From the NCBI GenBank assembly GCA_031364845.1, contig JANLWX010000219.1, forward strand, positions 1 through 13,436: 13,436 bases of DNA. Reading direction: 5' to 3'. This document shows positions 1-6,065 of the stretch, piece after piece; within the stretch, counting starts at the first letter, position 1, and every line of letters starts with the position of its first letter. The DNA comes from Candidatus Eiseniibacteriota bacterium. Its GTDB lineage: Bacteria; Eisenbacteria; RBG-16-71-46. Under the pieces are notes generated by a model. The model was not told the DNA's origin, searched no databases, and was given only the letters and a program-made list of their open reading frames with translations. The position numbers and the translations under genes are program-made.

Positions 1-172
1 GCGGCGTGCCCGCGGCGGCACCGTCCGCGTTCAACTCGCACAGCCAGATCGCGGTGCGATACGAATCGTCCGCCTGATCGACCGAAACGTGCGTGAACGC
101 GATGCGGCGTCCGTCGGGAGCGATCTGAGGGTCCGCGATCCACACGAATCGCAGGATGTCGTCGGCGCGCAT
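1..172 (-). CDS. S9-family (dipeptidyl aminopeptidase / acylaminoacyl-peptidase-like) protein, N-terminal 57 aa; runs off the left edge
   Basis: Manual translation from ATG at 172: MRADDILRFVWIADPQIAPDGRRIAFTHVSVDQADDSYRTAIWLCELNADGAAAGTP. DPQIxPDGRRIAF...YRTAIWL is the typical first PD40/TolB-like propeller blade of S9 peptidases. GGGAG SD lies 7 nt upstream. The catalytic domain is outside the window. Confidence 0.8.
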   Translation of the reverse strand, partial: MRADDILRFVWIADPQIAPDGRRIAFTHVSVDQADDSYRTAIWLCELNADGAAAGTP

Positions 173-250
173 TCGGGCACTCCCGGGGCGATGTTGGAAG
201 GAAAGTCGCTTCGATCCGCGCATGATGTGGCGGCCGGCGCGTGGACGGAA

Positions 251-280
251 AAATTAGGAGCGCGGCACCCATGAGGTCAA
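251..280 (-). promoter_or_regulatory. Candidate sigma70 promoter for the peptidase gene
   Basis: Minus strand reads TTGACC-N18-TAATTT (-35 at 280-275, -10 at 256-251), in a short AT-rich patch about 80 nt upstream of the ATG at 172. Confidence 0.5.
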
Positions 281-294
281 ACGCCGCCCGCGCG

Positions 295-300
295 TATACT
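295..300 (+). promoter_or_regulatory. Candidate -10 element (TATACT) for a leaderless GH31 transcript
   Basis: TATACT ends 7 nt before ATG 308. No SD directly before that ATG and no clear -35. Confidence 0.45.
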
Positions 301-307
301 GCGCGCC

Positions 308-2467
308 ATGCCCGCACCGGCCTTCGTGCTCGCCACACTGATCCTGCTCACTGCATGGGCGAATGCCGCATGGTCCGCCGCCCCCGGCGTCGGCGAAGCG
401 ATCGGCGAGCGCATCGTGCGGTTCCACGCCGATGCGCCGTCGCGCGCGGCGGCACTTCCTTCGATCGCCCTGCAGCGACCGTTTCCCGCCACCGGGCCCG
501 TGCCCGCACACTTCGCGACGGTCCCCGAATTCTCATCGCAGGGCGGAGTTCAGACCGCGCGCATCGCGACCGCGCGCGGCACGTCGCTCTACGGCACCGG
601 AATGGTGGGCGGCCCGCTGCTGCGCAACGGTCGGGTCGTCACGTGCTGGAACACCGATGCCTACGGCTACGGCATGGACTCGCCCTCGCTCTACCAGTCG
701 CACCCGTGGGTGCTCGGCGTGCGCGCCGATGGCAGCGCGTTCGGCGTCTTCGCCGACACACCGGGCAAGGTGGTGGTCGATCTGCGCGACGGCATCGAGT
801 TCAAAGCACAGGGCTCGGCGTTCGCGGTGATCGTCATCGAGCGACCCGGTCCCGAGGACGTGATGCGCGCACTCGCGAGCCTGACCGGCACCATGCCGAT
901 GCCGCCACGCTGGGCGCTCGGCTATCAGCAGTGCCGCTACTCGTACTTCCCGGATTCCGAAGTGGTGCGAATCGCCTCCGAGTTCCGCCGCCGTGACATT
1001 CCATGCGACGTCGTGTGGATGGACATCGACTACATGGACGGCTACCGCTCGTTCACGTTCGACCCGCGACACTTCTCGAATCCCGCGGCACTCAACGACA
1101 CGCTCCACCGGATGGGATTCCACTCGGTGTGGATCATCGATCCTGGAATCCGCCGCGAGCCGGGCTTCCGTGTGTACGATGAAGGCACAGCCGGCGACCA
1201 CTGGGTGTTGAACGCCGACGGCACACCGTACGTGGGCCGCGTGTGGCCGGGGCCGTGCGTGTTTCCCGACTTCACGCGCGCGGCGTCGCGCGCCTGGTGG
1301 GCGCAGCAGACGCGCGACTTCGCGCAAAGCGGTGCCGACGGGATCTGGAACGACATGAACGAGCCCGCGGTGTTCGACGTCGACGGCAAATCGATGCCGA
1401 ACTCGAATCGTCATCGCGCCGACGCCGAGCTGGGCGGACCGGGTCCGCATGCGCGCTATCACAACGTGTACGGCATGCAGATGGCGCGCGCGACGCGCGA
1501 AGGTCTGTTGGCGGCCCGCCCCGACCGGCGTCCGTTCGTGCTGAGCCGCGCGAATCATCTCGGCGGCCAGCGCGTGGCCGCAGCGTGGACCGGCGACAAT
1601 CAGGCGACGTGGCCGCATCTGCAGGCGTCGATCGCGATGGTGCTGAACCTCGGGCTCTCGGGCCAGCCGTTTTCGGGTCCCGACATCGGCGGCTTCGCGG
1701 GCTCCGGCGACGGGCCGCTGTTCGCGCGCTGGATGGGAATCGGAGCACTGCTGCCGTTCGCGCGCGGCCACAGCGAGAAGGGCACCTCGCGCAAGGAGCC
1801 GTGGTCGTTCGGCGCGGAGGTCGAGAACACCTGCCGGCGCGCGATCGCCACGCGCTACCGCCTGCTGCCCTACCTCTATGGAGTATTCCGCGAAGCGTCA
1901 CGCACCGGACTTCCGGTCGCGCGTCCCCTGCTGTTCGCCGATCCCCGCGACGCACGCCTGCGCCGCGAGGACAGCGCGTTCCTATTGGGGGCTGACCTCA
2001 TGGTGGTCGCGGACGTCACGCCCTATCGCCTGCGCGAGCCCGTGATGCCACGCGGGATCTGGCGACCGGTCGATGTCGAGGTCGGATCCGACGGCCGCGC
2101 GTCAGGCGGCACGAACACGCCCGATCCCGATCTCCCGCGCCTCCACCTGCGCGGCGGTACCATCCTCCCGCTCGGAGCGGTGGCGGAGCACTCCGCGGCG
2201 CAGTCGCTCGATTCACTCGAGCTGGTGGTGTGCCCCGACGCGAGTGGCGCCGCCACGGGCACGCTCTACGAGGATGCGGGCGACGGATTCGGCCACGAGC
2301 GCGGCGAATACCGGCTCACGCGTTTCGACGCGGTGCGGAGTGCGGACACGCTGCGGGTGACGGCCGCGATCGTCGAAGGAGACTGGAAGGCGAAGGCCGG
2401 CCGCGTCTATCGCGTGCGCGTGATCGAGGCACCGCGCACGGCGGCGCGCGTGGTGATCGGACCCTGA
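308..2467 (+). CDS. Secreted glycoside hydrolase family 31 (alpha-glucosidase II-like), 719 aa
   Basis: GH31 motifs LYQSHPW, PPRWALGYQQCRYSY, DVVWMDIDYMDG, catalytic nucleophile WNDMNEP, HNVYG, acid/base WTGDN, GPDIGGF, PFARGH, RYRLLPYLY and C-terminal LYEDAGDG (DUF5110-like). Hydrophobic N-terminal signal peptide ending ANA/AWS-A. Confidence 0.95.
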   Translation: MPAPAFVLATLILLTAWANAAWSAAPGVGEAIGERIVRFHADAPSRAAALPSIALQRPFPATGPVPAHFATVPEFSSQGGVQTARIATARGTSLYGTGMVGGPLLRNGRVVTCWNTDAYGYGMDSPSLYQSHPWVLGVRADGSAFGVFADTPGKVVVDLRDGIEFKAQGSAFAVIVIERPGPEDVMRALASLTGTMPMPPRWALGYQQCRYSYFPDSEVVRIASEFRRRDIPCDVVWMDIDYMDGYRSFTFDPRHFSNPAALNDTLHRMGFHSVWIIDPGIRREPGFRVYDEGTAGDHWVLNADGTPYVGRVWPGPCVFPDFTRAASRAWWAQQTRDFAQSGADGIWNDMNEPAVFDVDGKSMPNSNRHRADAELGGPGPHARYHNVYGMQMARATREGLLAARPDRRPFVLSRANHLGGQRVAAAWTGDNQATWPHLQASIAMVLNLGLSGQPFSGPDIGGFAGSGDGPLFARWMGIGALLPFARGHSEKGTSRKEPWSFGAEVENTCRRAIATRYRLLPYLYGVFREASRTGLPVARPLLFADPRDARLRREDSAFLLGADLMVVADVTPYRLREPVMPRGIWRPVDVEVGSDGRASGGTNTPDPDLPRLHLRGGTILPLGAVAEHSAAQSLDSLELVVCPDASGAATGTLYEDAGDGFGHERGEYRLTRFDAVRSADTLRVTAAIVEGDWKAKAGRVYRVRVIEAPRTAARVVIGP

Positions 2468-2477
2468 GTACCCGGAA

Positions 2478-3005
2478 CTAGCGAGCTGGCTCCGGTGCGC
2501 CCGGCGTCTGCGCCACCGTCGCCGCATTCACGAGATCGGTGATCGTCCCGGGCGCAGTCGCGTCCACGTAAGGCGCGCGAATCGCGATGTTCGAGAAGTT
2601 CGACCAGTTGGGAACTTCATCCGCGGTCCGCAGGATGAAGTACCAGGTCTGCGCCGGCGAGAGTCCGCGCACCGAGACCGAGTCGACCGCACCCGCGACG
2701 GACGGTGAAGGCATGCTGCTCACCATCGTCGCCGCGTTCCACCACGAGGTCGTATCGGTGCCCGAGATCGCGACGTTGCGATATCGCATCTCGTAGCGCG
2801 CCGCGCGGCCGGTGGTCCCGTCGTCGCCGGGGGCGTTCCAGGCGAGCGTCGCCGTCGAGTCGCGGGAGGTCGCCTGGGCATGCGCGGTCCCGGCGCACGC
2901 GCTGCCGAGCAGCGCGCACAGCACGACGAGGCCTTTGCCCATGCGCCGGATGCGACGCTCGATTCCGCGGGGGGTCCCGCGGTCTGCGACCGGAATCGCC
3001 TGCAT
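2478..3005 (-). CDS. Small secreted fibronectin type III-like protein, 175 aa
   Basis: GGAGG SD 5 nt before ATG 3005. Basic n-region, hydrophobic LVVLCALLG and AHA|Q cleavage site. FN3 subtype motifs LAWNAPGDDG..G.A.RYEMRY, VRGLSPAQTWYF and ADEVPNWSNFSN. Alternative start ATG 2942. Confidence 0.85.
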   Translation of the reverse strand: MQAIPVADRGTPRGIERRIRRMGKGLVVLCALLGSACAGTAHAQATSRDSTATLAWNAPGDDGTTGRAARYEMRYRNVAISGTDTTSWWNAATMVSSMPSPSVAGAVDSVSVRGLSPAQTWYFILRTADEVPNWSNFSNIAIRAPYVDATAPGTITDLVNAATVAQTPGAPEPAR

Positions 3006-3046
3006 GTCATCCTCCAGCCCCGTTTCGCGGTGGCTAGCTCGCTGGC

Positions 3047-3062
3047 TGCAAGCCGGATGCCG
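3047..3062 (-). promoter_or_regulatory. Candidate sigma54 (-24/-12) promoter for the FN3 gene
   Basis: Minus strand CGGCAT-CCGGC-TTGCA versus consensus TGGCAC-N5-TTGCW, with exact GG-N10-GC spacing. Predicted TSS ~3036, just upstream of the GGAGG SD at 3015-3011. Confidence 0.65.
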
Positions 3063-3272
3063 CTACCAACCGTCCGCGTTTCGCGGCCCGGCCGGAGCGC
3101 GCCACCGGACGTCGCGAGCGCGATGCCGTCTGTGGCCATCCGTCGCGATCGCCGTCGCTTGCAGTCGTTTCGGCGCGTGTCTCCCCGGTCGCTGCGCCAC
3201 CGGCCGTGAACCGATTCTCCGCGGACCGCGACGCGCCCCGGTGTCGTCGATTCCGGCAGAAAGCCCGGCGGC

Positions 3273-3307
3273 CTCGTGCAACGCGCAAGGGGACTGCGTC
3301 GCACGAG
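3273..3307. repeat. Imperfect inverted repeat (candidate activator site or hairpin)
   Basis: CTCGTGC-A-ACGC (3273-3284) / 11-nt spacer / GCGT-C-GCACGAG (3296-3307): 11 of 12 positions pair. Confidence 0.5.
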
Positions 3308-3376
3308 CACACTCCCAGGTTCATGATCCCACCCAAGTCCTTGCGCGCACGCAACGTGGCCGCGCGTGAAACGGGC

Positions 3377-3392
3377 AGGCCTCGTTCGTGCT
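3377..3392 (+). promoter_or_regulatory. Weaker candidate sigma54 promoter for the phosphatase pair
   Basis: AGGCCT-CGTTC-GTGCT: GG-N10-GC spacing with GGC and TGCT conserved, about 100 nt upstream of GTG 3496. Confidence 0.35.
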
Positions 3393-3495
3393 TCGAATTC
3401 GAGCCCCCTCATCCATTGCCGGCGGAACCTCCGCTTTCCCTTCTTCGACTCGGGCGCGACTTTCGTACTGAAGATCCACATCCCGGCGAGGCCCC

Positions 3496-4800
3496 GTGTT
3501 CCCTTACTCCCGTCGTCAGCTTTCGCGCCATCGCCTGGCCATCGCGGCCTGCGCCCTCGCATGGATCGGAAACGCCGGCCTCGCGTTCGCCGCGGACGAG
3601 ATCCATTGGACTCTGATGGGCCAGAGCGCGGTCACGTTCGACTGGCGGGGATCCGAAACCGCGATCGAGTTCGGCACGACGTCCGGCTCCTACACGCGCT
3701 CGGTCACCGCGGTCACGCCGAGTCCGCTGCCCAACTCCTCGAGCGGTCCGTTCCGCGAAGCGCGCATCACCGGACTCGCCGAGAACACGCTCTACTACTA
3801 CCGGATCGGCACCGGCGCCGAGCGCACGTTCCGCACGCCGCCGCCGCGCGGAGGATCCGGTTTCTGGGTTGGGAGTCTCGCCGACATCGGCAGTTCGCTC
3901 AGTTACTCCGGCGTGGTGCCGACCCAGCAGCAGATGGGCGCCGACAATCCGAACATCGATGGGGACGACCGGCCGCGCTTCGTCGTCGTGCCCGGCGATC
4001 TCACGTACGGCGACGACAAGGGCAAACCGCACGTCGATCAGCATTTCAACGACGTGATGGCGTGGTCGCAGGAAGCGGCCTACATGGTGATCTGGGGCAA
4101 CCACGAGTGGGGTTCGAGCGTCGACGATCTGCAGAACTACGAAGGCCGCTTCGACTTCCCGAACTCGCAGACCTCTCCCGGTGCGCCCTCGGCCGGCGGA
4201 CCGGGCGAGGACTGGTACTGGTTCGACTACGGCAACACGCGCTTCATCGCGTTCCCCGAGCCCTACAGCGGCGCGTGGAGCGACTGGAAGACCAAAGCCG
4301 ATGCCGTGATGGCGCAGGCCCAGAGCGACCCGGCGATCACATTCATCGTGACATGGGGCCACCGGCCCGCGTGGTCTTCGGGCGGTGATCACCCCGGCGA
4401 GTCGCAGATCGCGACCATCCTGCGCGACCTGCACGCGAAGCACGCGAAGTTCGTGCTGAACCTCCAGGGTCACTCGCATCACTACGAGCGCAGCGATCCC
4501 GCTCAGACCGACGGCATCACGCACGTGATCGTCGGCGGCGGCGGCTCGTCGCTCGGCGGACTCGCCTCGAAGCCGGCGTGGTCGGTCGCGCGCTCCAATC
4601 ATCTTTCGCATCTGAAGATGTTCATCTCCGCCGACCGCATCGAAGGCTACGTGGTGTGCGGTCCCGCGGGCGCTGGCAACAGCGACACGTGCACGAAGGA
4701 TACGGTCATCGACACGTGGACGATCACGGCACCCGGAGGCGGAGGCGTGAGCGATCAGGTGCCTCCCGCGCCCACACGCGGCATGCAGGTGACGAACTGA
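3496..4800 (+). CDS. Secreted purple acid phosphatase-like metallophosphoesterase with N-terminal FN3-like domain (paralog 1), 434 aa
   Basis: All five PAP metal-ligand blocks: DIG, GDLTY, GNHE, VTWGH, GHSHHYER. PAP N-domain (EIHWT..VTFDW..ARITGLAENTLYYY). Signal peptide ending AFA|ADEIHW. GAGG 4 nt before the GTG start. Confidence 0.9.
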   Translation: MFPYSRRQLSRHRLAIAACALAWIGNAGLAFAADEIHWTLMGQSAVTFDWRGSETAIEFGTTSGSYTRSVTAVTPSPLPNSSSGPFREARITGLAENTLYYYRIGTGAERTFRTPPPRGGSGFWVGSLADIGSSLSYSGVVPTQQQMGADNPNIDGDDRPRFVVVPGDLTYGDDKGKPHVDQHFNDVMAWSQEAAYMVIWGNHEWGSSVDDLQNYEGRFDFPNSQTSPGAPSAGGPGEDWYWFDYGNTRFIAFPEPYSGAWSDWKTKADAVMAQAQSDPAITFIVTWGHRPAWSSGGDHPGESQIATILRDLHAKHAKFVLNLQGHSHHYERSDPAQTDGITHVIVGGGGSSLGGLASKPAWSVARSNHLSHLKMFISADRIEGYVVCGPAGAGNSDTCTKDTVIDTWTITAPGGGGVSDQVPPAPTRGMQVTN

Positions 4801-6062
4801 TGCGACGCGAATTGCGTGTGCACCTGATCGCGCTGGGCCTGGTCGGTTCCTTCGCGGTACCGGCGATGGCGGCCGACGAGATCCACTGGACGCTCATGGG
4901 CCCGACCTCGGTCACCATCGACTGGCGCGGCAACGAGTCGATCGTGCGCTACGGGATCACGCCGGCCTACGGCCAGCAGGCGACGACCATCACGCCTTAC
5001 CCGATGCCGTTCTCCTCACCCGGTCCCTTCCGCGAAGCGCGCATCACCGGGCTCGCCGAGAACACGCTCTACTACTACTCGATCGGAAACGATGGCGGCA
5101 CGTTCCGCACTCCGCCCGCGCGCGGCAGCACCGACTTCGATGTCGCGGTCGCCGGCGACGTCGGGGACTCGGTCTCGTACTACCGGTGGGTTCCGGGCGT
5201 GGCGCGACAGATCGCGAACATGGCGCCGCGCTTCACGTTGATGGTCGGAGATCTCACTTACGGCAACGCGCACGGACAGGCGGCCGTCGACCAGCACTTC
5301 AACGACATGATGGTGTGGTCGCGCAACGCCGCCTACATGCCGGCGTGGGGCAACCACGAATGGGACGTTCCGGCGAACGACGACCTGCGAAACTACAAAG
5401 GCCGCTTCGACCTGCCGAATGCGCGCACGTCGCCCGGCTCACCGACCGTGGGCTGCTGCGGCGAAGACTGGTACTGGTTCGACTATGGCAACGCGCGGTT
5501 CATCGCCTACCCCGAACCGTGGACGGGCGCGTGGGCGGCGTGGAGGAACAGCGCCGACTCCCTCATGACGGCGGTCGCGAACGATCCCCAGATCCAGTAC
5601 ATCGTCACCTTCGGCCATCGCCCAGCCTATTCGTCCGCGCATCATCCCGGCGAAACGACGCTCAAGAACTACCTCGATGCGCTCGGGGCCAAGCATCCGA
5701 AGTACGTGCTCAACCTGAACGGCCACAGCCACAACTACGAGCGCACGCATCCGCAGCAGGGCGTGGTCCACATCACGGCCGGCGACGGCGGCGCCACGCA
5801 CGAGACCGACGGCAGCTGCAAGTGGAAGATGTGCACGTCGCCGTCGTGGTCGGCGTACCGCGCGTTCCGCCACGGACCGGTGCGGCTGCGTTTCACGCGC
5901 ACCGGCATTCAGGGCGCGGCGATTTGCGGGCCCGCCGCGACGAACGACGACATCCAGTGCACGCTCGGGACCGCGTTCGATTCGTTCGTGATCCCGTCGC
6001 CGGTCGCCGTCACCGACGCTGCAAAACCGGCGACGACTACGAACCTCTCGGTACGCCCATAG
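4800..6062 (+). CDS. Secreted purple acid phosphatase-like metallophosphoesterase (paralog 2), 420 aa
   Basis: True start is ATG 4800, overlapping the upstream stop (TGATG). Signal peptide MRRELRVHLIALGLVGSFAVPAMA|ADEIHW. Motifs DVG, GDLTY, GNHE, VTFGH, GHSHNYER. Colinear with paralog 1. Confidence 0.9.
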   Translation: MRRELRVHLIALGLVGSFAVPAMAADEIHWTLMGPTSVTIDWRGNESIVRYGITPAYGQQATTITPYPMPFSSPGPFREARITGLAENTLYYYSIGNDGGTFRTPPARGSTDFDVAVAGDVGDSVSYYRWVPGVARQIANMAPRFTLMVGDLTYGNAHGQAAVDQHFNDMMVWSRNAAYMPAWGNHEWDVPANDDLRNYKGRFDLPNARTSPGSPTVGCCGEDWYWFDYGNARFIAYPEPWTGAWAAWRNSADSLMTAVANDPQIQYIVTFGHRPAYSSAHHPGETTLKNYLDALGAKHPKYVLNLNGHSHNYERTHPQQGVVHITAGDGGATHETDGSCKWKMCTSPSWSAYRAFRHGPVRLRFTRTGIQGAAICGPAATNDDIQCTLGTAFDSFVIPSPVAVTDAAKPATTTNLSVRP

Positions 6063-6065
6063 CTA

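Noticed and set aside
241..996. ORF containing ATG 271 preceded by AGGAG
   Set aside because: Arg-rich low-complexity translation out of frame with GH31. The AGGAG falls within the minus-strand promoter candidate.
2890..2925. Lipoprotein lipobox in the FN3 protein (LLGSAC)
   Set aside because: Gly at -3 is a poor lipobox fit; AHA|Q is a better signal peptidase I site. Not fully excluded.
2720..3616. ORFs spanning the 3006-3495 intergenic region
   Set aside because: Arg/Pro-rich, overlapping real genes and without recognisable domains. The region is better explained as regulatory.
4578..4799. 74-aa N-terminal extension of phosphatase 2 in the ORF track
   Set aside because: It overlaps paralog 1 out of frame. 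The signal peptide and paralogy start at ATG 4800 (TGATG coupling).
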